This document shows positions 47,580-58,200 of a DNA stretch of 64,000 nucleotides, piece after piece (within the stretch, counting starts at the first letter, position 1; every line of letters starts with the position of its first letter). A model generated the notes under the pieces. It worked only from the letters and a program-made list of their open reading frames with translations. It was not told the DNA's origin and made no database searches. The translations under genes were made by a program, and so were the position numbers. The DNA is taken from the IMG/VR virus record IMGVR_UViG_3300032236_000747, positions 248,001-312,000 of that record, one strand, 5' to 3'.

Positions 47580-49202
47580 ATGACAACGAGAATTAAACAA
47601 AGACGCGACACAGCGGCAAACTGGTTAGGTTATAACCCAATTCTAGCACTGGGAGAAACAGGCTGGGAAACTGATACCGGCCGCGTAAAAATAGGCGACG
47701 GATCCTCAAACTGGCAAACCCTACAGTATGCAGTAGGTGGCGCAGGACACGGACTAGGTGGTGCTATTCAAATAGGAACGGTATGTACATCTGGTTCATA
47801 TTGCGGTTGTTGTAATAACTCAGTGGCTATTGGCACAGGTGCTGGTTCTTGCTGTAGATGCAGCGGCCCGTCGATCGCTATAGGACACGATGCAGGACAT
47901 TGCAAACAACATGGATCTGCGATCGCAATTGGTCGCCAGGCAGGGCGTTGTTGCCAAGCTATGAATACAATAGCCATGGGTCGTTATGCTGGCTCATACG
48001 GTCAAAACTACGGTGCTGTTGCTATTGGTAAGTATGCTGGCAACTATGGTCAACAATCATATGGAGTAGCCATTGGGTATGGTGCTCAAAACGGTTATGG
48101 TGGATGTAATGCTGTTGCCATCGGACATTATGCAGGCAGCTATGGGCAAAATACTTCTGCCGTAGCTATTGGACATCAAGCAGGTTCCTGTTGTCAAGGA
48201 TATCGATCAGTTAGTATTGGACGTTGGGCAGGCCAGTGTTGTCAGTGCTACCAGTCAGTGGCTATCGGTGCATTGGCAGGAAGAGAATATCAAGGCGAGT
48301 GTTCGGTTGCTATCGGTCGTCATGCTGGTCTTGTAAATCAAGGTTCCAACTCTGTAGCTATCGGACATCAAGCAGGACAGGGATTAGGCGATAGTCAGTA
48401 CTATTGTCACATAAACGCAACTTATGTATCTGGTGGTGCTAGTGGAGCTACAACATTTGTAGTCAATACTGTTGCAGGCATTCACCCAGGTATGTATCCT
48501 GAAGGTGCTAACCTTGGCCCTCAAAAGGTCACAGCAGTTAACACAGCAACCAACGAAATCACTTTAGATTTTGGTACCTTTGGACAGTTAAGTGGTACAT
48601 ACTATTTCTACGGTGCTCAAGGTAGTAATGCTGTTGCTATTGGTGCATATGCTGGTCTTTCAGTTCAACAAGATAATAGCATTATTATCAACGCTACAGG
48701 CATTGAAGTAAATTCAGCAGGTACAGGCACAACGGTAATTAAACCAGTTGCGCCAACTACTACTGGTAATCCTTTGTATTATAATGCCGACACTGGTCAA
48801 ATTACCTACGGTACTGTTAATCGTTATGTCAGCACTGCTACCAGTACACCTGTCAATGCCCCTGTAATTGATATAACTAGTAGTAAGGTATTCCTAGCAC
48901 CGCTATCTGGTGGTAATGCCAGCTATGTAATACCAGGGAATGGATTATATGACGGACAAACTATTGAATTCTACCCACAATGGGTCTCTGGCACAAATAA
49001 CACAGATGTAGCGAACATCTTTATCTATGTGTCAAATATATTTGATATTAATTCAGGAAACGGTCAATACTCCGGTGGCGGATACTACAACTGGTATCCA
49101 TTCCAAACTTATAACACAACAGGTGCCGCGAAAGGTACCGCAACTTGGGATGCCCACCAACAACATTGGGTGATTGATCCAGGTTGGACCAAGTTTGATT
49201 AA
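47580..49202 (+). CDS. Tail fibre with Mtd-like N-terminus and Cys-rich YadA-like AIG repeats
   Basis: RIKQRRDTAANW..NPILALGE.GWETDTGRVKIGDG; about 14 ~16-aa repeats of type VAIG..AG. Confidence 0.85.
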   Translation: MTTRIKQRRDTAANWLGYNPILALGETGWETDTGRVKIGDGSSNWQTLQYAVGGAGHGLGGAIQIGTVCTSGSYCGCCNNSVAIGTGAGSCCRCSGPSIAIGHDAGHCKQHGSAIAIGRQAGRCCQAMNTIAMGRYAGSYGQNYGAVAIGKYAGNYGQQSYGVAIGYGAQNGYGGCNAVAIGHYAGSYGQNTSAVAIGHQAGSCCQGYRSVSIGRWAGQCCQCYQSVAIGALAGREYQGECSVAIGRHAGLVNQGSNSVAIGHQAGQGLGDSQYYCHINATYVSGGASGATTFVVNTVAGIHPGMYPEGANLGPQKVTAVNTATNEITLDFGTFGQLSGTYYFYGAQGSNAVAIGAYAGLSVQQDNSIIINATGIEVNSAGTGTTVIKPVAPTTTGNPLYYNADTGQITYGTVNRYVSTATSTPVNAPVIDITSSKVFLAPLSGGNASYVIPGNGLYDGQTIEFYPQWVSGTNNTDVANIFIYVSNIFDINSGNGQYSGGGYYNWYPFQTYNTTGAAKGTATWDAHQQHWVIDPGWTKFD

Positions 49203-49222
49203 TACACAAAGGATAACATAAA

Positions 49223-49474
49223 ATGGCACAATATAACATTACAGCAACATCAGCTAGTAGAGACATGACAGTGAGTAACACCACTATTGACATCTTGGTA
49301 GAAAATGAAGAAGGTGGTCGTCCAACAGCGGGCACAAGAATACAATTTCCAAGTCCTGCTGAGTTTGATACACTGGAACTAGCACAGAAATATGCCAACA
49401 GCTATGCTGGACATCTAAATGATCATTATCACGAAGGTGGCGATGATTGGGTTGGACAGGCTACAGCAGTTTAA
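49223..49474 (+). CDS. Hypothetical protein
   Basis: SD AAGGA. Confidence 0.75.
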   Translation: MAQYNITATSASRDMTVSNTTIDILVENEEGGRPTAGTRIQFPSPAEFDTLELAQKYANSYAGHLNDHYHEGGDDWVGQATAV

Positions 49475-50068
49475 TCAAGCTCTAATACCAGCGTCCTTCA
49501 ACTGTAGGCAAGTTTTACATTTGCCGCAGGGTTGGATGCTTTCTTTTGAGTATACTGGAGTGCGGCATGACCAAAACATGTTCTTTAATGTGTCAGGCAA
49601 GCTGTCATAGATCTCACGCTTGGTCAAGTCAAGTACAGGGTAAATCTTCTTTACACTTGTAAAAGCTGACAGTATAGCATTAGCACGGACTCTGCGCTCT
49701 TCTAGACTGTGATTGCTGTCATCAGACTGCATGCCTAGAGCTACTAGTTTGATATCAGGGTTTACACTACAGATATAGCCCGCAAAAAAGTTGATGCTGT
49801 CCGTGTCATACATATACTGTCCATTATAGGGTTGACTGGCTATTTGGCTTTCACTATAGACAAAACTGTAGCCTAGACGTTCTAGTTCTCTTAGTGCCAT
49901 TTCGACTGTAATGGCCTCGGCACGGTGTCTGTCCTCTACATTGTGTTGATGCACGTGATGTATGTGTATCTGGTAGTCTTGATATTCAGGATCTGTTAAT
50001 AACTTATAAACAGTACCTAGACTGTCTAGGCCACCTGAATACATTACAAGGATTGTTTTTTGTTCCAT
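49475..50068 (-). CDS. QueC-like PP-loop ATP pyrophosphatase
   Basis: YSGGLDS; WSC...PCGKCKTC zinc motif. Confidence 0.8.
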   Translation of the reverse strand: MEQKTILVMYSGGLDSLGTVYKLLTDPEYQDYQIHIHHVHQHNVEDRHRAEAITVEMALRELERLGYSFVYSESQIASQPYNGQYMYDTDSINFFAGYICSVNPDIKLVALGMQSDDSNHSLEERRVRANAILSAFTSVKKIYPVLDLTKREIYDSLPDTLKNMFWSCRTPVYSKESIQPCGKCKTCLQLKDAGIRA

Positions 50069-50505
50069 ATATAAAATGTGTAAACGTTGTTAACGGGATG
50101 CTCTTCTGGCTGTGGATCTAGTTCATAGACACGTGGAAAATACACAGCGTATTTTGTGGGCCAGTTGGGATTTAAAAACGTGCGTGATATAAATCGATCA
50201 CAATGATCTAGAACAATGGGCAACAAGCGTTCTGTAAAATCTTTACCCAAGGCTAGTCCGCCGTCGATTATTATAGTGTCCCAATGTTCGTTCAAACTAA
50301 ACCAATCTTTGACCCTTATTTTAGGATCATTGTAAACTGGCTCTAGGTCCCATGCTTCTGTACATAAAGGTAATAGTAGCTTAGTGCTACCCAGCAATAA
50401 AACTTTACCTCTACAATATCTTTCAAATACAGCATAATCATCTTGATTAGGAGCAGCGGGCCACTCTAATGTTGTCCAGAATTCGGGGTCGTTGATCATG
50501 CTCAT
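50044..50505 (-). CDS. Hypothetical protein, possibly a degenerate Rossmann methyltransferase fold
   Basis: KVLLLGST...WDL...DWF...WDTIIIDGGL. Confidence 0.55.
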   Translation of the reverse strand: MSMINDPEFWTTLEWPAAPNQDDYAVFERYCRGKVLLLGSTKLLLPLCTEAWDLEPVYNDPKIRVKDWFSLNEHWDTIIIDGGLALGKDFTERLLPIVLDHCDRFISRTFLNPNWPTKYAVYFPRVYELDPQPEEHPVNNVYTFYIWNKKQSL

Positions 50506-50593
50506 GTGGATATTTAAGCGGTAAATAACGGTAGAACATACAATAATGGCTGAGATTACCTAACTAGGTAAATATAGCAAACGGAGACAACAA

Positions 50594-50920
50594 ATGTCAG
50601 TAAACTTTAGAAAAGGTGCTTATTACCCAGGCACAACCCAGAATCAAACAACAACTAGCACTAATGCTGTGACCAATGCTTTTAGTTCAACTACGAGCAT
50701 TATTCGTGTCGCAGTACAAAATGATACATATGTTCAGCCTGTTAACAACTCTAGCACAACGGCCACTGTTAGCAGTATGATCATCCCAGGTGGTGGCGTA
50801 GAGTTCTTCGCAGTTCGCCCGAATACATATCTAGCACACCTATTAGTGAGTTCGGCGGGTTGGATAAGTGTTACTGAACTTTCTAATCTAAACAATATTG
50901 TAAACGGAACAACTTACTAA
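50594..50920 (+). CDS. Hypothetical structural protein
   Basis: SD GGAG; TAAATA upstream. Confidence 0.75.
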   Translation: MSVNFRKGAYYPGTTQNQTTTSTNAVTNAFSSTTSIIRVAVQNDTYVQPVNNSSTTATVSSMIIPGGGVEFFAVRPNTYLAHLLVSSAGWISVTELSNLNNIVNGTTY

Positions 50921-51969
50921 TGTGGGCAAAACCTGGTCATGTTAAACCAGCTGGAAGTCTACACACCGTAGCCAAAGCTATTAATATTAAGAATACTGTG
51001 GATCGTTACGGTTTCTTTGAACAGCAACTAGATGGTGGAACTTATATTGATTTTAATCAAAGTATTTCTAGACAACAGGTAAAGTTTATCTGTACCAACT
51101 TCAACGGCAATCCAACACACGGCAGCTATATCAAAGTTAACGGTACACTGATAGCAGGTGACAAGCAGGGTCTTGCCCCGGACGGTGTTAACACTAACCT
51201 TGCACCATTCCAAATGGGTCGCGGACATACCATTGTGGTCATAAACCCAGCTGATGGTTCTATAAGAGCTGGTTATCCAAAATTATATGATACCTACGGC
51301 AACTCCGCACTATGTAGCCAAATGAGACTTGATCTCAATATTGTAGACCCTAATGATATTGTAGCCATTGGCACATATGATGCTACCAGCTGTACACAAG
51401 ATCTTCGCGACGGTCTAACCAATTACTTCGGCGACATTACTTATAGTAACACATGGACCAGCAGTCGTATCAGCCAGATGTTCTTGGGCAAGCGAAACTC
51501 CTTCATTGACTATCTACCAGGTGCGGTTCGCAGAACCTATGGATCATACTATAACGGTACCAAAGCATATTTTAATACAGCCAGTGTTACAGCAACAACC
51601 GTTGCTACAGACTTTCAAGTTAGTACAAACACCGCTAACTTCAGCTATCAGTATCAAGGTTACATACTGGCAGACTATACAGGAACTTGGACATTTGCGT
51701 TTACCACAGATGACTATTGTCATATCTGGATAGGACCTGAGGCACTTCGTTCACCGGACGTTGCTGGCGCAGAAAATGCTGCAAGTCCAATCGGCAGTGG
51801 TAGTTTTACAGTTAATATGGTATCGGGCACGTACTACCCAATTAAAGTAATGTACGGAAACAGTGGCGGGCCGGGAAATCTTACATTGTCCTGGAACCGC
51901 AACGGATCTGGTGCATCAACTAACTGGACCAACAAACTGTACTTCAACCCAAGAACAAATGGCTTCTAA
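50920..51969 (+). CDS. ILEI/PANDER-like plus PA14/GLEYA-like lectin protein
   Basis: GHTIVVIN...YDTY...IVAIGTYDA; GYILADYTGTWTF...TDD...WIG...YYPIKVMYGN.GGPG. Confidence 0.7.
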   Translation: MWAKPGHVKPAGSLHTVAKAINIKNTVDRYGFFEQQLDGGTYIDFNQSISRQQVKFICTNFNGNPTHGSYIKVNGTLIAGDKQGLAPDGVNTNLAPFQMGRGHTIVVINPADGSIRAGYPKLYDTYGNSALCSQMRLDLNIVDPNDIVAIGTYDATSCTQDLRDGLTNYFGDITYSNTWTSSRISQMFLGKRNSFIDYLPGAVRRTYGSYYNGTKAYFNTASVTATTVATDFQVSTNTANFSYQYQGYILADYTGTWTFAFTTDDYCHIWIGPEALRSPDVAGAENAASPIGSGSFTVNMVSGTYYPIKVMYGNSGGPGNLTLSWNRNGSGASTNWTNKLYFNPRTNGF

Positions 51970-51980
51970 TAAATACTATC

Positions 51981-52256
51981 ATGAGAGCAAAAGAATTTAC
52001 AATTAACATTCCTATCAACATTAAGATCAATGGTGATGGCGAGCCTGAAATCAGCACAAGTCAAGATACCGAAGCTGATGTAGATTCTAACCCTGTATTT
52101 GTTCCGCCTCTACAGCAACATTTAGAGCTACACAAAGCAGAACTAGGTAAAGAAAGCCCTGTCATTGACAAACTTACACAAGATAATGATATTGGCACAG
52201 AACCGGACGGAACCGAAGCACAGCTAGCTAGACTCAAGCAACTGATGGCCCGATAA
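51981..52256 (+). CDS. Hypothetical protein (MRAKEF N-terminus)
   Basis: TAAATA-N5-ATG. Confidence 0.75.
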   Translation: MRAKEFTINIPINIKINGDGEPEISTSQDTEADVDSNPVFVPPLQQHLELHKAELGKESPVIDKLTQDNDIGTEPDGTEAQLARLKQLMAR

Positions 52257-52278
52257 ATACTCAAACTAGGGTATTTTA

Positions 52279-55200
52279 ATGGCCTTCATTCAGAAGTTAT
52301 TCACAACACTACAAAACTACGATAATGGCGATACTCGTATTGGCGAGCTCAACCGTATTTGGTATGACTCTAATCGTAATGCCTTCTACATATCTGACGG
52401 CCAAACAGAAGGCGGTATACTAATTGGTGGCGGTGGTGGTGGCGGAACTTACACACTATTAACAGCAACTACTACCCGCCTAGGTGGTGTTAGAATCGGT
52501 GCTGGTATTCAAGTTGATTATCGCGGTGTTATTAGTGTAAACACATCTACGCTAGCAGGACCACAAGGTCCTAAAGGCGACACTGGTCCTAAAGGGGATA
52601 CTGGAACACAAGGATCAGTTGGGGCTCAAGGCGATCCCGGTATAGGAGTTCCTGTCGGCGGCGTTGCTGGACAAGTGCTGGCTAAAATTGACGGTGTTGA
52701 TTATAATACATATTGGGTTGATCAAACTGGTGGTACAGGTAATGGTAGCGTAATACAAAGTGATATAGCTCCTACTCCTGCAAATACTACGACTCTTTGG
52801 TATGATACAGTAGGCGGTCGTAGTTATGTGTATTATTACGGGGGTTGGGTTGACGCTAGCCCAGGAATAGGCGGGATACCTGGACCAAAAGGCGATACAG
52901 GTACGCAAGGACCTACTGGACTACAAGGAGACATAGGTCCAAAAGGTGATACAGGTACTCAGGGACTAATAGGTCCAATGGGTCCGAAAGGCGATACAGG
53001 TACTCGAGGCCTTACTGGTGATATAGGCCCAGTTGGACCAAAGGGAGATACCGGAACACAGGGATTGATAGGACCAACAGGACCTAAAGGGGACACTGGT
53101 ACACAAGGTATTCAAGGACCGATTGGTCTAACTGGAAACACTGGAACACAGGGTATACAAGGAATTCCGGGCGAAGGCGTTCCGGTAGGCGGAACTGCCG
53201 GGCAAGTATTAACCAAGATTGACGGTGTTGATTACAATACACACTGGGTTGATGCTAATTTTTCTAGTTCAACTGCTACTGCTGGTGTAAGTGATATTAC
53301 CGCAGGGACAGGAACTTATGTATCTGCTAATACAGGTTCAGTGAGCATCTGGGTTGATCCAAACGTAGTCGAAGGCACGGTAGCTCCTGCATCTACAGCT
53401 TCATTTTGGTATGATACTAATGTAGGTCGACTATTCATATATTATAATGGGTCTTGGATTGATGCTAGTCCGGGAACTACTGGTATACCTGGTCCAAAGG
53501 GAGACACTGGAACTACTGGTCCAACTGGACTACAGGGAGATATTGGCCCTAAAGGTGATACCGGTACAGCAGCTACCCTAGTTATAGGAACAGTTACCTT
53601 AGGAACTTATACAAGTGTAATTAATGTAGGCGATCAATACAATGCTGTGTTTGACTTTGTATTACAGCAAGGACCTAAAGGTGATGCTGGGCTCAAAGGC
53701 GACACAGGAACCACAGGTGCAACTGGCGCACAAGGACCTAAAGGTGATACTGGCACCCAAGGAATACAAGGCATACAAGGTTTTCAGGGAATACAAGGCA
53801 TTAAAGGTGATACTGGCACCACCGGAGCAACTGGTGCTACAGGCAGTGTTGGTCCAAAAGGTGATACCGGTACACAGGGTATTCAAGGTATTCAGGGACC
53901 AAAAGGCGATACAGGAACTACCGGCGCACAAGGTATCCAAGGCATACAAGGTATCCAGGGCGTAACGGGTAGTACAGGTACTCAAGGACCAAAAGGCGAT
54001 ACTGGCTCAATTGGCATAGCTACATTAAATTTAGGCACAGGTACATACGGCACACTAACATCGCAGACATTAAGTTTATGGATCGGCCAAGATGTTTCTG
54101 CTACAAGTAATGTAACATTTAACTCTGTGGCTATTAGTAATCTTGGTAGCATTTTATCATCTCAAGTAAACATTGATGCATTTATTACAGTCTATACCTT
54201 AACTAATGTTGTTGACTATAGTTCTACTGCTACTTTGGCATCGGGTGTTTACGGTAACATCAATGGAGTTCAACCTCCGTGGACTGTATTTGATCTAAGT
54301 CCCGGACCTTCAGGTACTCCTGTAAGTACTATTGCTATTAACGATAAACTAACAGGTGCTGGTATTATTCCTAGTACCGTAGAAGATCGCGGCACCGGAA
54401 CTTATGCATCTTATGTTATTGTTAATTTAGATCTAGCTGGCCTAGGACAGATACAACCTTTAGTTGGGGCGGCATTTAACCTTGTACGCCCACTACAAAA
54501 AGCTGGCTTGGACATTACTACACAAAACAACACAGACATTTTCCTAAACAGCAATGGTCTAGGTGATGTACTAGTTAACACCAACATTCTACCAGTTGCC
54601 ACCAATGTAAGTAATTTAGGAAGTCCAGACTTTAGATGGAAGAGTTTGTATGTTGGCCCAGGTACTATCTATGTCTTAGATGAAACATTAGGCAAAGATA
54701 TTAGCATTGGCGCTCGTGACGGACTACTATATGTACAAAACGGTGCTGGGCTTGTAGTAGGTGAGTTTACTCTTATTGACAATCAGATTAAGATTGCCAA
54801 TCCCGATCGTGATATTATTATTGGAACTACTACTGCTACAGGTAGTGTAGTATTAAATCGTCCTATTAGAGTTAACACACTAGCAGGACAAACTTCATTT
54901 AGTGTAGATAGACTAGGTCTAACTACAATCCACCCACTTATCTCAATGAGCTCTACTCAATCAGCATTGAATATTGTGGGCAACACTAGCGGACTACAGC
55001 AACCTCGTAATTTTAACGATACAATGTTGCAGATTACAGGTGCAGACAATACTGCTACTCGTGTAAGTTTAGATTCATTTGGTACAGGCACATATCCAGT
55101 TATTGCTGGTCGTCAAGCAGGCGGAACAGTAGCGTCTCCAAGTCAAACAAAATTAAACGATACGCTGTTAAGATTTAGTGCCCAGGGTTGGGGGACTACA

Positions 55201-58200
55201 GGATATGTAAGTACTATTGCTCGTATAAACATGCGAGCTCTACAAGATTTTACTGACACCGCCGCAGGCACAGGAATACGTTTTCAATTAACTCCTATAA
55301 ACACAACTACAATACAAACTGTTACAGTAGACATCACTGCTACAGGTATAAGTTTTGTTGGTAACTCTATTGGCGGAATCACATTCAGTAACAATGACAG
55401 ACTAACTTACTTCCCAACACCTGTGGGACAAGCCGGCTTATATTTAAAGTCAGATGGTACTACAATGAGTTGGCAAACAGGAGGTGCTGGCGCCAAAGGT
55501 GATACCGGTACAGCAGCTACAATTACAATAGGTACTGTTACAGTTTCTACAACTACAGCAAGTGTAACCAATGTAGGTAACTCTAGTAGTGCTATACTTA
55601 ATTTTGTCTTACAACAAGGTCCACAAGGTATCCAGGGAGCTACCGGTAGCACAGGAACACAGGGACCCAAAGGCGATACAGGTACTACTGGCGCACAGGG
55701 CATACAAGGTATTCAAGGCATTCAGGGAGCAACCGGAACCAGTGCGACAGTTATGGTTGGACTAGTTACTACAGGTTCAACAGCTCTAGTTACTAACACA
55801 GGAACAAGTGCTAACGCGGTACTTAACTTCCAAATTCCATGGATACCGGGCCCACAGGGCGCAACTGGTGCTACGGGAAGTACAGGTACACAAGGACCTA
55901 AAGGGGATACCGGAACACAGGGTATTCAAGGACCTATTGGGCCAACTGGAACATTTACAGGTAGTGTAGTTACTCTAGCATCTGCTGATACTGCGGCACT
56001 GACTTATACATCATCAACTGGCATATTCTCATTCACTCCTAACAATGTCTATAAGACATTGTCTAGTTTAAGTGATGTTAATGTTCCAGCACCCGGCAAC
56101 AATCAAGTACTAACCTGGAGTACCGGCACTAATCGTTGGATTCCTACAACAGTAAACGGTGTTGGTGTTCCTATTACAGGTATTGCCTACTATGGTACAT
56201 TCTACGACGTGGGCGCGGATCAAACAGCGCCACTGACAACCAGCAGTTATGTTGTAAGAATAGATCACACTGACGGTAGCAATGGCATCAGCATTGTTGA
56301 CAATAATCAAATAACATTTGCCTACGGCGGAACTTATGAAGTAGAGTTTAGCATACAGTTCCAAAATACAGATACTAAAGATGCCACTGTTAGTGTATGG
56401 TTTAGAAAGAACGGCGCAGACATAGCAGATTCAAACAGCATATTCACAGCGCCAAGTAAGCAAAACGGTAATGGATTCTTGATAGCAGTCACTCCGTTTA
56501 TCGTCACAGTCAACGCCGGCGACTATGTACAGATTATGTGGTCAAGTGACAATACAGTAACCAAAATCGTCACAACAGCGGCTGGAACTACCCCAACTGT
56601 TCCACGCACACCGGGCGTTATTATCACAGTGGTGCCGGTTACCTCAGTGGTTATCCCAGGCACCGTTGAGAGTTTAACAGTAACGGGCAATGCCAGTGCC
56701 AATAACTTTATCTCAGCGTATCTGCCCATAGTGTCAAGTGGTACTACTACTGTGCTGTCTGTTACAAGTCCGCACTATATATCAGTAAGTGGTGTATCAA
56801 CACAGACTATCAAACTGCCAAACGCTACCTTATTGACTGTAGGACAAAGTTACAAGATTGACAACAACTCAAGTGGCAATGTTTACATACAAGATGCTAC
56901 TGGTGCTCAGATTGGCGGTGCTCTGTTACCGGGTGCGGCCACTGAAGGTAGAGTTATTAATGTAGGTACAACAGCAGGCACATGGGATGGTTGGAACTAT
57001 GTTCCTGGCAATGTATCATTTGGCACAAGTCAGATGGTGTTTACTGGCGGGACCATTGTAGCCAGCACATTCACTGGTAGTTTAGTAGGTACTGCTACCA
57101 CAGCAACCTACGCACAATCATTTAATACTGCGACTCTAGTAACTACTGCTGTTAGTGCTACTACTGCCACTAACGCTGGTTACGCATATTCATTTAATAC
57201 AAACACAGTCGTAACTACAGCAGTTACAGCAACTAACGCTGGGTATGCCTACTCGTTCAACACATCAACCCTAGTATTGAAAGCAACTACAGCTACACTG
57301 GCACAAACTGTTACTGCGGCCGCACAGCCTGCTATCACAAGTGTAGGAACACTAACAAGTCTATCACTTCAGGGCAGTATAACATTTAATGATGCCACTA
57401 CACAATCTACAGCATGGACTGGTAGTACATATAGAATAATCAAAGTTGCTGACGGTTTTGGAGTAGGCCTACCATTCCAGTCTTATGTAACTGCTGATAC
57501 CAGCACAGGCATTATTGTTTCCGCATTAACTGGTATTCCAGCAAGCCCTACATATAAAACTTGGACATTTGGGTTTGACGGAGTCTTAACATTCCCAGAT
57601 AACTCAACACAAACAGTTGCGTGGAATACAAGCACAGCAGTTTATTATTCACAGATAAGGAATGCGCCTTCTACTACAGGCACAGCAGTATTCAATATTG
57701 TTAGTGCTACTAACATAACAGTTGGCGGAACAACAATACAAAACTTGTTTAGTGTATCAACAGCTACAGTGAGCAATACTGCTACTAGTCTTGTCTATAA
57801 TACTAGCACCGGTGTTTATACATTTACACCATTTAGTCTAAACACCAGTACACTAATGGCTCGAGCTGTCACTGTTACAAGTTCAACACAAGCGGCTATT
57901 ACCGCACTTGGTACATTAACGTCTCTATCAGTTAGCGGAGCATCAACAGTTAGTGGGCTTGCTACCTTTAACTATACAGGCGGTGGATCAACTTCAACTA
58001 TTTCTGTCAGTGGGCAAAATAGCAAAGGTGGCGCACTATATCACGACTTCCTAAGTGCTACTAACGGGTTAGCCACTGCTACCAATGCTACCAAATATTT
58101 CCGTCTAAACAACGTAGGCACCTTAGAAATATTGAATAGTGCTTATAATGCAACTGTATTCTCAGTAACTGATAACGGATATATTGCTATCAATGCGGCA

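Noticed and set aside
47580-49202. Diversity-generating retroelement suggested by the Mtd-like N-terminus
   Set aside because: No reverse transcriptase or TR/VR pair is visible; this N-terminal domain is a generic fibre anchor.
52550-55950. Tandem DNA repeats as a mobile or regulatory element
   Set aside because: They are explained by collagen Gly-X-Y coding with synonymous variation.
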